Shown here piece by piece: positions 49,045 to 58,703 of a stretch of 64,000 bases of DNA. Where the stretch lies: contig OZ242320.1 in NCBI GenBank assembly GCA_965208125.1, forward strand, positions 3,264,001 through 3,328,000, in the 5' to 3' direction. A program made the translations under genes and the position numbers. Numbering within the stretch: the first letter of the stretch is position 1; each line of letters opens with the position of its first letter. The stretch is from Candidatus Latescibacterota bacterium (lineage in GTDB: Bacteria; Latescibacterota; UBA2968). Under the pieces are notes generated by a model. That model did no database searches. It had not been told where the DNA came from and saw nothing but the letters and a program-made list of their open reading frames with translations.

Positions 49045-50340
49045 TCAGGTCAGCTTTTTCAGCCGTTCTGCTGCTTCGCTCAGGCTGTCGAGGGTGCGGC
49101 AGAAGGCAAATCGCAAGTACCGGTCGCCGTCGTTGCCCGTTGCGTAGAAGTTGTCGCCTGGTACGGGGGTGACACCGATTTCCCGGGTCATGTACAGGGC
49201 GGCATCGGTTGGATTCATGTCGCATAAGGTGGGGACGGAGCGGTAATCTGAAAAGAGGTAGTAGGAGCCGTCGGGTGGGGTGATTTTGAATCCGGTGGAT
49301 TGGAGGGCGTTGAGGAGCAGGTTGCGTTTTTGTAAGAATGGTTTGTGGATATTTTTGAAGATGGCGTCGGGCAATTGCAACAGGTGCTCGGCGCCTTTTT
49401 GCAATGGGGTGGGGGCCTGTACGACGAGGGTGTCGTGAACAGCGCGAATCCTCGGGGTGTGTTGTTCGGGCGATATGACCCAGCCGACACGCCAGCCGCT
49501 GGCGTTGGCGGTTTTGGTGATGGCGTTGATGACTATGGTGCGCTTGGCCATGCCGGCGAGTGTTGCTGGGCAGATGTGGACGCAATCGCCGTAGAGGATG
49601 TGTTCGTAGATTTCGTCGGTGATTAAAAATAGGTCGCGTTTGCAGCAGAGGTCTGCGATGAAGGCGAGTTCTGCTTCGGAGAAGACTTTGCCCGTGGGAT
49701 TGTGTGGCGTGTTGAGGATGAGTGCGCGCGCGCGTTTTGCCGCGGCGGTCCATTCGTCTTTGTCGAGAGCCCAACCATCGCTTTTTTCGCGCAGGGTGAC
49801 ATATTCGCAATGCAGCCCAAAAAGGCTGGCCTGGTTGGGATACATTTCGTGAAAGGGTTGTAAGACGATGACGCTATCGCCGGGATTGCACAGGGCGCGA
49901 AGTGTTGAGGAGAGTCCTTCGGTCGCGCCTGCGGTGACGGTGATTTGCGTTTCGGGGTTGGGGCGAAAGGCGTAGAATTGCCAGGTGTAGTCCGCAATTG
50001 CTTCCCGCAATTCGGGCAATCCGTAGGGGAAGGAATACTGATTGTAGCGGTCGTGTTCGGGTTGGAGGATGGCGCAGAGGTCTTTGAGGGAACGGTTATC
50101 GTTGCCTGGGTTGCGCGAGAGGAGGTCGCGAAGGGCGAGAGTGTGCAAGTGCTCTGCACCTTCATCTGAGCCACCCAGAATGGCGGCGATGCCCGCCCAG
50201 GCGAGGTCGTAGAGTACGGGTTCGTCTGTGATCCCCTGAGAGAGGTTCACGGCATTGTGCTCAAGGGATAGGCGGGTCATGCGCCGGATGACGGATTCTT
50301 GTGGGGAAGAACTTTTTATCCCAGCAATTTCTGTTCCCAT
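49045..50340 (-). CDS. PLP-dependent aminotransferase class I/II
   Basis: NLSQG, NTPHNPTG, DEIY and TKT..ASGWRVG motifs. Confidence 0.88.
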   Translation of the reverse strand: MGTEIAGIKSSSPQESVIRRMTRLSLEHNAVNLSQGITDEPVLYDLAWAGIAAILGGSDEGAEHLHTLALRDLLSRNPGNDNRSLKDLCAILQPEHDRYNQYSFPYGLPELREAIADYTWQFYAFRPNPETQITVTAGATEGLSSTLRALCNPGDSVIVLQPFHEMYPNQASLFGLHCEYVTLREKSDGWALDKDEWTAAAKRARALILNTPHNPTGKVFSEAELAFIADLCCKRDLFLITDEIYEHILYGDCVHICPATLAGMAKRTIVINAITKTANASGWRVGWVISPEQHTPRIRAVHDTLVVQAPTPLQKGAEHLLQLPDAIFKNIHKPFLQKRNLLLNALQSTGFKITPPDGSYYLFSDYRSVPTLCDMNPTDAALYMTREIGVTPVPGDNFYATGNDGDRYLRFAFCRTLDSLSEAAERLKKLT

Positions 50341-51677
50341 GTTTTTATGTATTCTTCGGGCGATAGTTGGCTGTCCGTTGCGCTTTGATGTTTGTCGTAC
50401 ATGTCTTCTACTTGTGCTGCGATGACCTCTGGATCTTCGGGGATTTCGCCCTGGTCGCCGTACGTTTTGATCCAGTTGTTGAGGCGTGCGCTAAGGTCGT
50501 TGAGCGCGTTCTGATGATCTGGTGACTCTGCGAGGTTTTCGACTTCGTGGGGGTCGGCTTGCAGGTCGTAGAGTTCTTCGTAAGGGCGATAGGGTGCGAG
50601 GAATTTTGCCTGTGCTTCGGTGAGTTTGCCTTCTTTGCCGAGCAGGGGCAGGAGTGTCCAGAGGGGGTATTGCTGGTATTTGTAGCGGTTGAATTGCATG
50701 TAGGGGCGGTCGGGGTGATAGTTGCGTATGTATTTGTAGTTTTTGGTGCGTACGCAGCGGATGCGATCTACTGTGCCATCACATCGGTCGCGTGCTGAGT
50801 AGATTTCGGTGCGGGATTTTGCATCGGGACCGAGGAAGATGTTGCCTTCCATTTCTGGGGGGACGTCTAAACCCGCGAGCGAGAGTGCGGTAGGTGCGAG
50901 GTCTATGCCGCTGACGAGTTCGTCGCTTACGACGCCTGCGTCGATGTGTCCTGGCCAGCGCACAATGCAGGGTATGCGAATGCCACCGTCGTACAGGAAT
51001 TGTTTGTCGCGGATATGCGCGCGTCCGTGATCTGCGATGAGGAAGACAATGGTGTTGTCGGCAACGCCTTCGTCTTCGAGGCGCTGGAGCACCTGGCCGA
51101 CTTTGCGGTCAAAGACCTGAGCGCTTTCGAGATACATTGCCCAATCTTTTCTGATGAGGGGATGATCGGGATAATAAGGCGGGATTTCTACGGCACCGGG
51201 ATCGACGGGGTTTTGCGGATCGGGCGTGAAGTTGCGATGGGTGTCTGTGATGTTGTTCTGGGCGTAAAAGGGCTGGCCCTCGGCGCGCTGGGTCCAGTCG
51301 ATACCGTCAAAGACGCCGTTGCGCTGGAAGTTGAAGTCGGTTTTGCCAGGTTTGTCAAAGGGCGGGCCAGGGCTGTTGCAGGTGTAATATCCCGCATCGC
51401 GGAAGTAGTCGGTGATGAGGCGAATGTGTTCGGGCAATGGGGTGTCGCGCTTGCTGCGGTGGTTGTGCGCGCCAAAGCTGGTTTGATAGCGGCCGGTGAT
51501 GATGGCCGATCTGCTCGGGGAACACACCGGGCAGGTGACAAACGCATTTGTAAATAGCGTGCCTTCCGATGCGAGTTTGTCGATGTTGGGTGTTTGCACT
51601 GCTGGCGTGCCATAGCAGGCGAGGTTGGGATAGAGGTCTTCGCCGTAGATCCAGATGATGTTGGGTTTATTGGGCAT
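50316..51677 (-). CDS. Sulfatase (family S1)
   Basis: KPNII, CSPSRS, DHG and ELYDL motifs. Confidence 0.9.
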   Translation of the reverse strand: MPNKPNIIWIYGEDLYPNLACYGTPAVQTPNIDKLASEGTLFTNAFVTCPVCSPSRSAIITGRYQTSFGAHNHRSKRDTPLPEHIRLITDYFRDAGYYTCNSPGPPFDKPGKTDFNFQRNGVFDGIDWTQRAEGQPFYAQNNITDTHRNFTPDPQNPVDPGAVEIPPYYPDHPLIRKDWAMYLESAQVFDRKVGQVLQRLEDEGVADNTIVFLIADHGRAHIRDKQFLYDGGIRIPCIVRWPGHIDAGVVSDELVSGIDLAPTALSLAGLDVPPEMEGNIFLGPDAKSRTEIYSARDRCDGTVDRIRCVRTKNYKYIRNYHPDRPYMQFNRYKYQQYPLWTLLPLLGKEGKLTEAQAKFLAPYRPYEELYDLQADPHEVENLAESPDHQNALNDLSARLNNWIKTYGDQGEIPEDPEVIAAQVEDMYDKHQSATDSQLSPEEYIKTWEQKLLG

Positions 51678-51722
51678 GGTGAGAGATCTTTCTGTGTGTG
51701 GTTTGAGCTGTCTTGCAATGTT

Positions 51723-51748
51723 GTAGGGGCAGGCCCCTGTGCCTGCCC
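51723..51748 (+). repeat. GTAG-type REP palindrome
   Basis: GTAGGGGCAGGCCCCTGTGCCTGCCC, same family as 22791-22855. Confidence 0.7.
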
Positions 51749-51767
51749 GTTGGTCTATTCGTCCAGT

Positions 51768-52571
51768 TTATCGCGCGCCGCACGCTTGCAAGGATGCCTG
51801 CATGTGTCCGCGGGTTTCCGCGCCGATGATGCAACACTGTTCCAGGCTGTGTCCCTGTGCTTTTGTGCCGATGACTTCGAGGTTGACGGGTCCGTCGTAA
51901 CCATTTTCGTGAAGGACGCGGATATAACCGACGAGGTCGATGTCGCCGCGGCCATTGGCCTGGTTTTCAGGGGCGCCTGGACCGCGTTCGCGGCCTTTGC
52001 AGTCGCGGATGTGGACGTGTTTGACGCGCGAGACGACGGCTGCAATAGCTTCTACTGGATTTTCGTTTGCGCGGTGGATGTGCGAGGGGTCCATGTCAAT
52101 GCCAAAGGCGGGAGATGAGATGGCTTCCATCGCCCGCAGGGTGGTTGGGGTGTTGTAGATGGCTGCGCCCACATGGGCTTTGACGCAGAGGGTTACGCCG
52201 TATTTTTCGGCTCTGTTGGCGAGGTTGCCGAGGGAGTCGATGCTTTGCTGGAAGGTTTCTTCGTCGTCTGATTTTCCTCCCGGACCGCAATTGACGACGG
52301 GGATGCCGGCTTCGTTTGCAGCTTGAAATGCTTTTTCCATGGTGTCGGGGTCTTGCCTGGGTTGTTCCATGGCGAGGAGTTCGAGGCCGTATTCACGTCC
52401 CAGACGCCTGGCTTCCCGGGCTGTTTCGCGCCAGTTGTCGAGGACGAGGTGCTGGCTCATGCCACTAATTGCCGCGACTTCTATGCCGTCGTAGCCTGCC
52501 ATAGCCGTGTACTTAAAAGCGGTTTCCATGTCCCACGCGCCAAAAAGAACAGAGTTGAGTCCGAGTTTCAT
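51768..52571 (-). CDS. Sugar phosphate isomerase/epimerase (xylose isomerase-like TIM barrel)
   Basis: GYDGIE, DPSH, HVHIRD and GYDGPVNLE motifs. Confidence 0.85.
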   Translation of the reverse strand: MKLGLNSVLFGAWDMETAFKYTAMAGYDGIEVAAISGMSQHLVLDNWRETAREARRLGREYGLELLAMEQPRQDPDTMEKAFQAANEAGIPVVNCGPGGKSDDEETFQQSIDSLGNLANRAEKYGVTLCVKAHVGAAIYNTPTTLRAMEAISSPAFGIDMDPSHIHRANENPVEAIAAVVSRVKHVHIRDCKGRERGPGAPENQANGRGDIDLVGYIRVLHENGYDGPVNLEVIGTKAQGHSLEQCCIIGAETRGHMQASLQACGAR

Positions 52572-52590
52572 GTTTCCTCCTGTAAGGGGT

Positions 52591-53646
52591 TTATTGATTC
52601 TGCATCGCTGGCAAGTCCGTGCGCGATCCCCGTACGTCTATCGCTTCTTTGGAGAGCCGAGCCTGGGGTGCTTCGCCATTTAAGATTCGTTCGAAATCAT
52701 CGCCGATTACTTCGGCGACTTGCAAGTTCGCGTCTCGCGTGCGTCCGGCAATATGGGGGGTGTGTACCACATTGTTCCGATTGCGCAATAGATCGTCTGT
52801 GGGCACTGGTTCATTGTCATATACGTCAAATGCTCCGGCGAGTTCGTTGGCGATAATGCGTTCGCGCAATGCGTCCATATCGACGGCATGTGCGCGGGTG
52901 GTGATTACGACCAGGCTGCCTTTGCGCAACCGATAAATGCGTTCGCGCGATAGGATTTTTCTGGCAGATGGCGTTGGCGGTATGGTGACGACGACTATCT
53001 CGCATTCATCTACGAGGGTGTCCATTTCCACGCCTTCTACGCCGAGTTCATCCAGTCGCGATTTTGGAATAAATGGATCGTAGCCGAGTACGCGCGAGCC
53101 GAGCGCGTTACACCACATTGCCATCCGCCCGCCGATTTGTCCCAGTCCCATGACGCCGACGGTTTTGGTTCCCAATGTGCCGTTGACGAAATCTGGATTG
53201 TCGCAAAATTGCGTGTATTCAAAATTCCACAGGCGTTCCCCCGATGCCATGCGTTTGTGCCATTGCGGTATCAGGCGCAGGGAATTTAATGTCAGGGCGA
53301 GTGTAATTTCTGCGACAGATGCCGCCCACGCGCGCGTGCCGTCAATGATGGGAATGTCGCGTTCAAACATGCCATCGACTGGAAGAGAGCGATGGCCCCA
53401 ATTATCCAGTACCCCTCCCACGGCTTTTAATTCGGGCGCGCGTGCCAAACACGCTTCTGTCAACTGTCCACCGAATAGCGCGATAGCCGATACATGCGAC
53501 AAATCCGTCAATTCTCCAAGTGGCACGCCGCGTTCTACCTGTACTATGCGCACTTCATCTATTTCATTTAGCCGCGCCATCAGTGCCTCTGGCACATACG
53601 GCCATGAACGTTCCAAATTTTCCGTCCGAGCGAACAGAATCGCCAT
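52591..53646 (-). CDS. D-isomer-specific 2-hydroxyacid dehydrogenase
   Basis: GLGQIG, YDP, DVYDNEP and TPHIAG motifs. Confidence 0.88.
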   Translation of the reverse strand: MAILFARTENLERSWPYVPEALMARLNEIDEVRIVQVERGVPLGELTDLSHVSAIALFGGQLTEACLARAPELKAVGGVLDNWGHRSLPVDGMFERDIPIIDGTRAWAASVAEITLALTLNSLRLIPQWHKRMASGERLWNFEYTQFCDNPDFVNGTLGTKTVGVMGLGQIGGRMAMWCNALGSRVLGYDPFIPKSRLDELGVEGVEMDTLVDECEIVVVTIPPTPSARKILSRERIYRLRKGSLVVITTRAHAVDMDALRERIIANELAGAFDVYDNEPVPTDDLLRNRNNVVHTPHIAGRTRDANLQVAEVIGDDFERILNGEAPQARLSKEAIDVRGSRTDLPAMQNQ

Positions 53647-53798
53647 TATCCATCCTTTCTTAAAAATAACGTTATTATTGTTCTTTTATATGAATAGCAA
53701 AATAATGCGTCTTGTCTGGACAAACAAGAACCAAAAAATGCGGATGCATTGTGAGGAAGGGAAGGTATTGAGGAGAAGGGGTAGGGTGAGACGGCAAA

Positions 53799-53826
53799 CG
53801 GGTTCGCCCTGCGCTGGACGAACCCG
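53799..53826 (-). terminator. Probable terminator hairpin of the YWTD gene
   Basis: CGGGTTCG...CGAACCCG stem with only short T tracts. Confidence 0.45.
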
Positions 53827-53839
53827 CAGTTTTCATAGT

Positions 53840-55048
53840 CTATGGTGCGAGCATCAGGGCGATACCCTGTGTATTGACCAATCCAGTGGTGACGAGGGCT
53901 TCGGGACCGGAGCCATCGAGGTTGGCGCGCCAGATTTTACCGTCATTGACGTTGGCCGTGCCGGCATCTGCCCAGTACATCTTTGGAGGATCGCTTGTCA
54001 GGTCCAGAGCTATATCGCGCGGGGTGGTGGCTGATCCGGCGAGTGACTGTCCACCGAATGTTCTGGTGTTGAGGATATCTTCTGCTTCAGTGCCGTCGAG
54101 GTTGGCGCGCCGGATTCTATCCCTGCTGATGTCCGTCCAGTACATCTTGCCTCCGGATACATCCAGAGCAATGCCTCTTGGGACCCGCAAGAAGTTTTCG
54201 TAGGTGAGAAGGGTTTCAACATTGGATCCGTCGAGGTCGGCACGCTGGATTTTATCATCCTGTGGTGCGTCGGGCCCACCCGTGCCGGAGTCCGTCCAGT
54301 ACATTTTGCCCCCAGTTGTATCCAGAGCGATGCTCTGCGGAGTAATCAATCCGGTGGTGACAAGGGCTTCGGGACTGGATCCGTCGAGGTTGGCGCGCCA
54401 GATTTTACCGTCATTGACGTTGGCCGTGCCGGCATCTACCCAGTACATCTTTGGAGGGTCGCTTGTCAGGTCCAGAGCAACGTCGCGTGGAGTGGTGGCC
54501 GGGCCACCAAGTGACTGCCCGCCGAATGTTCTGGTGTTGAGGATATCTTCTATGCCAGAGCCATCGAGGTTGGCACGGCGGATTCTATCTCTGGTGGTAT
54601 CTGTCCAGTACATCTTTCCCCCGGCCACATCCAGCTCAATGCCCATTGGAAGCCGCAAGAAGTTTTCGTATGTGACGAGGGTTTCAACATTGGATCCGTC
54701 GAGGTCGGCACGCTGGATTTTATCATCCTCCATAGGGGTAGGGTTACCCGTGCCGGAGTCTGTCCAGTATATCTTTGCCGCAACCTTAGGCACTTCTTTG
54801 CCAAATTGCCCGACGAATATTAGAAAATCTCCAAACGCGACCTCGCCATCGCCATCCAGATCGAATCGACCTTCATATCTCTCATCGCCCTGACGTGCTC
54901 CGAATTTGCTGACAAAGAGCAAAAAGTCGGAAAAATCGACAATGCCGCTTCCATCAAAGTCTGGATTACTTGATTGTGATCCAACTCTGGCCTGAAGCGG
55001 TTGAGTCAAAAAACCTGCGAAAACGATTGCAAATAGTAATAGACGCAT
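53840..55048 (-). CDS. Secreted EF-hand/dockerin-like + six YWTD (LDL-receptor class B) repeat beta-propeller protein
   Basis: Signal peptide; DFDGSG/DLDGDG pair; six K(M/I)YW(T/V/A)D...RANLDG repeats. Confidence 0.85.
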   Translation of the reverse strand: MRLLLFAIVFAGFLTQPLQARVGSQSSNPDFDGSGIVDFSDFLLFVSKFGARQGDERYEGRFDLDGDGEVAFGDFLIFVGQFGKEVPKVAAKIYWTDSGTGNPTPMEDDKIQRADLDGSNVETLVTYENFLRLPMGIELDVAGGKMYWTDTTRDRIRRANLDGSGIEDILNTRTFGGQSLGGPATTPRDVALDLTSDPPKMYWVDAGTANVNDGKIWRANLDGSSPEALVTTGLITPQSIALDTTGGKMYWTDSGTGGPDAPQDDKIQRADLDGSNVETLLTYENFLRVPRGIALDVSGGKMYWTDISRDRIRRANLDGTEAEDILNTRTFGGQSLAGSATTPRDIALDLTSDPPKMYWADAGTANVNDGKIWRANLDGSGPEALVTTGLVNTQGIALMLAP

Positions 55049-55274
55049 GATTTCCTCCCTCTTGTTGGAGTTTTAAGCGTTACTGCTTGCTCTCATAAGA
55101 CATGATAACATGATAAATATAAATTTTCCAAATAAAAATAGTCATGATGCCCGAACTTGAGGAACGATGCTAAAATCTCCGTGGGTCTGGCTGTACATAA
55201 ATTTTTTGACTTATGTGTTTTGCGTATTATCATGCGTTAGACATAAATCATATAACCCATCAGGAGATTTGACT

Positions 55275-56027
55275 ATGAGTAGCAAAGTTGCAATTGTCAC
55301 TGGCGCGGGCAGCGGGATTGGTAAACATACCACGCTTGCCTTTTTGGGTGCGGGATATTCAGTGGCCCTGGCAGGACGACGCGAAGATCCCTTGAAAGCC
55401 ACGGTAAGTGAAGCGGGTGTAGATGATTCAAAGACGCTGGTTGTGCCGACAGATGTTGGCGACCCAGCGTCTGTGGCAAATCTTTTTGCACAGACAAAAG
55501 AGAAATTTGGACGTCTGGATGTGCTTTTTAACAATGCGGGGGTGGGCGCACCTGGCGTCAATCTCGAGGATTTGACTTTTGAGCAATGGCAAACTGTGGT
55601 CAATACCAATTTAACGGGTGTCTTTTTGTGTACTCAGGAGGCGTTTAAGATTATGAAAGACCAGACGCCTCGGGGTGGGAGGATCATCAATAATGGGTCG
55701 ATATCGGCTCATGTTCCTCGCCCAAATTCCTCGCCCTATACGGCGACCAAACACGCAGTGTCTGGCCTGACCAAATCCGCTTCACTCGATGGACGCAAAT
55801 ACGATATCGCCTGCGGACAAATCGATATTGGCAATGCGGCGACCGATATGACCGAGCGCATGAAAAGGGGCGTTCCGCAAGCCAATGGATCTACTCTGGT
55901 AGAACCTACGATGGATGTCAGGGGCGTCGCACAAGCCGTGCTCAATATGGCGAGTCTTCCATTAGATGCAAATGTTCAATTTATGACGATTATGGCGACC
56001 AAGATGCCCTATATTGGTCGCGGGTAA
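55275..56027 (+). CDS. Short-chain dehydrogenase/reductase
   Basis: [12 protein letters not shown] and YTATK motifs; AGGAG RBS before MSSKV. Confidence 0.92.
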   Translation: MSSKVAIVTGAGSGIGKHTTLAFLGAGYSVALAGRREDPLKATVSEAGVDDSKTLVVPTDVGDPASVANLFAQTKEKFGRLDVLFNNAGVGAPGVNLEDLTFEQWQTVVNTNLTGVFLCTQEAFKIMKDQTPRGGRIINNGSISAHVPRPNSSPYTATKHAVSGLTKSASLDGRKYDIACGQIDIGNAATDMTERMKRGVPQANGSTLVEPTMDVRGVAQAVLNMASLPLDANVQFMTIMATKMPYIGRG

Positions 56028-56030
56028 GAC

Positions 56031-56064
56031 AAAAAAAGACCGGACAAAGCATCCGGTCTTTTTT
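56031..56064. terminator. Bidirectional intrinsic terminator
   Basis: AAAAAAAGACCGGA-loop-TCCGGTCTTTTTT between convergent genes. Confidence 0.85.
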
Positions 56065-56085
56065 GTTTGTACTATGGGAGAGGGG

Positions 56086-58569
56086 TTACATCCCCAGCAT
56101 GTATGAGACTTTTACGAGAACGGCCCGGTTTCTTTCGCTCCATTCGCGCAAGACATCCCGGTCATCCAGGTGATGGTCGTAAGTGACGTCAAAGCCCTGG
56201 TCGTAAACAAAGTAAATATCACTGCCGGGGCGGAAGCGGTAATTCAGCAATACATTTACACTCGCCTGTTCGCGGTCATTATTCCACTGGGCGAATAGTT
56301 TGACATAAAAGTCCGTGGAAAAGGAATAGATCAAGCGGTTGCTCAATACCTGAATATTGAAGTTGCCCTGGGGTAAGCGTAGCCAGTTGACTTCGTAGTC
56401 GGTTTCAAGCGAAAGTTTTCCAGAAGGCGTGAAGGTATTTTCGAGTGAAAGTTTATATCGCTTACCCGTGTAATAGTTGCCGATTTCAATATCGAACTCG
56501 GGGCGGACTTTTCGCGAGCGACTCGGATAGGGGCCGGTTCTGAATTTTGTAAAAGTGTATTTGTCGCGTGGGATAATTATATCTGGCCGCTTTTTCGATG
56601 GCTTGAACGTGCGCTCGACCACGTCGTGCGTTCGCGCAAATTCTACCCGATACCAGTCTCCGGCATTGAATCGCGTGTAAGTAGATACCTGCAAATCCCA
56701 GAATTTGACTTTATTTATTGGGTCACTGGGATCTGTAATGAGCCGAAATCGCGGTCCTGTGGAAATATAGCGAATGAGATCCGTGTTGGCGGGTATTCGC
56801 GCTCTGAATTGTGCCTCGTATCGCCGAAGTCTCTTCAATCCTGCGCGGCGGTTGACAAACCCGGCTTTGGGTTGAAAATGCGCTCCAATATCGACGTATT
56901 TCAGGGTGCTGGAATAAATACCGCCCGAATAGGTGGCCTGTAAAAATCCTGCGGCCCCTGTCGGCACATCTTCAGCAGAATCCCAGGTTTGTGCGTAAAA
57001 TCCCTGAAAATTGAGGGCGTTGGATGGTGAGAAACTGAAATCAAGCCCGGCAGCGCGGTTGTACTGGTCCCAACCTGAGCCAGGAATAGGGGTTTGTTTG
57101 TTCACGACAATGGCACCGATATTTGACCGCGCCATCACGTCGTGTTTCAGGCGCAAGACCGAGAAATTGCTGCGTTGAACAAATGTATCATCCTGAAGCG
57201 TTTTGGAATCCGTCAATACATTCAATGCGCCAATACTCGTCTTGCCGGCTTTGCCCGCCAGTTTGCTGCCCAGGAGAATGGGCACGGGTTCCCCCGATTC
57301 CAGGCCGATTCGGCGGCTGTAAAACAAGATCGTGGGCGGGCGGCTGTCCCCTCCGCGTCTCGTGGCGGCTTCGCCAAAATCAAAGAGGGTGGATCCCTCC
57401 AGGAAGAATTCGCGCTTTTCGGGGAAGAATTGCGAGAATTGCGTCAGGTTTACTTCCTCTTGATCTCCTTCAACCTGGGCAAAATCTGTATTATAAGACA
57501 GGTCCAGTATCATGTTGGGCGTGAGGCCGTATCGCACATCTACACCGGATTCAAAAGTCTCTTGTACAGATGGGTCATCCGCCTGCAAATCTTTTAGCGC
57601 GCCGGGCAATACATAGGGTTTGATCTGAAATACGCGGCGGGTTTTTAAGGATTTTAGTCCCCTGAGTTCTGCGAGGTCTGTTGTGCGATAGCGCTGCGTT
57701 GGTGATGTCGATCTTTGCCCCACCATCAATGCTGTCGATTCGGTTTTGCGGGCAATAAATCGCGCCAGGTTAATGCCCCATACCGCATCTTCTTCGTCCT
57801 TAAATCGCAGTTGATCAAATGGAATCGCCACCTCAACCGACCACCCTTTATCGTCCCGGTGTCCTTTGGCTTCCCAGATACAATCCCAATCGTCGTTGTA
57901 GGTGCGGCCTTCCCGCGATAGGATCAGATCGCGCTTTGCGCCCAGGGAGTTGACGAAGAAGAATGCGCCGGTTTGACGGTCATTATAAGTGTCCAGCAGA
58001 ATTTGTACATTGTCATCGCCCCACAATTGCGAATCGCGCCGCATGTTATTTGCCACGATTTTGTGTGGCTCGGAATCAAAACATTCAAATCCGAAATAGA
58101 TTTTTCTCTGGTCGTAAACGATACGGGCCGTTGTGCGTTCGGTGCTCGGCACCCAGTAACCCGGGTCGCGCTGGACAAATCCCTCAATGGGTTTTGCATT
58201 TTGCCACGCAGGGTCGTCCAAACGCCCGTCCATTTTGGGACCTTTATCCACGCGGGTGGCGTAAACAGCGCGCGGTGCATCGTCAGAAGTCTGTGTGGTG
58301 ACAACGCGAATGCGATCCGCTACCTTTACGGGTGAGCCGTTTTCTTCGACTACGCGAGCTACGAGTACGTCGTCGAGTTTTTTGATGACCTGAAGCGTTG
58401 ACCCATTATCCATCTGCAATTGGCTTCCCAGGGATGCCGCTCCGTTGAGTCCAGATACATAAGCGAGATCGCCCGTGATTTCTTTGACAATACCAGCTGT
58501 GTCATCACTATTAGCCGACGGCGCGCAAATCGCTATACAGATAAGCCCAAGCAAGCACGCTCTGATCAT
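56086..58569 (-). CDS. CBM9-like + DUF5916 outer-membrane protein
   Basis: MDGRLDDPAW, GWSVEVAIPF, NTDFAQVE and FFPEKREFFLEG motifs. Confidence 0.8.
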   Translation of the reverse strand: MIRACLLGLICIAICAPSANSDDTAGIVKEITGDLAYVSGLNGAASLGSQLQMDNGSTLQVIKKLDDVLVARVVEENGSPVKVADRIRVVTTQTSDDAPRAVYATRVDKGPKMDGRLDDPAWQNAKPIEGFVQRDPGYWVPSTERTTARIVYDQRKIYFGFECFDSEPHKIVANNMRRDSQLWGDDNVQILLDTYNDRQTGAFFFVNSLGAKRDLILSREGRTYNDDWDCIWEAKGHRDDKGWSVEVAIPFDQLRFKDEEDAVWGINLARFIARKTESTALMVGQRSTSPTQRYRTTDLAELRGLKSLKTRRVFQIKPYVLPGALKDLQADDPSVQETFESGVDVRYGLTPNMILDLSYNTDFAQVEGDQEEVNLTQFSQFFPEKREFFLEGSTLFDFGEAATRRGGDSRPPTILFYSRRIGLESGEPVPILLGSKLAGKAGKTSIGALNVLTDSKTLQDDTFVQRSNFSVLRLKHDVMARSNIGAIVVNKQTPIPGSGWDQYNRAAGLDFSFSPSNALNFQGFYAQTWDSAEDVPTGAAGFLQATYSGGIYSSTLKYVDIGAHFQPKAGFVNRRAGLKRLRRYEAQFRARIPANTDLIRYISTGPRFRLITDPSDPINKVKFWDLQVSTYTRFNAGDWYRVEFARTHDVVERTFKPSKKRPDIIIPRDKYTFTKFRTGPYPSRSRKVRPEFDIEIGNYYTGKRYKLSLENTFTPSGKLSLETDYEVNWLRLPQGNFNIQVLSNRLIYSFSTDFYVKLFAQWNNDREQASVNVLLNYRFRPGSDIYFVYDQGFDVTYDHHLDDRDVLREWSERNRAVLVKVSYMLGM

Positions 58570-58703
58570 ATTTTACTCCTGGAAAGTGGTCAGTAGTCAG
58601 TCCCAACCTCGGTGGAATGTCCACAAGTAAGTTTTTACTTACTTATACATAATGTAACGAAAAATAAAATTTTCGCATTACTTTTTTTTGATAAGCGATC
58701 AGT

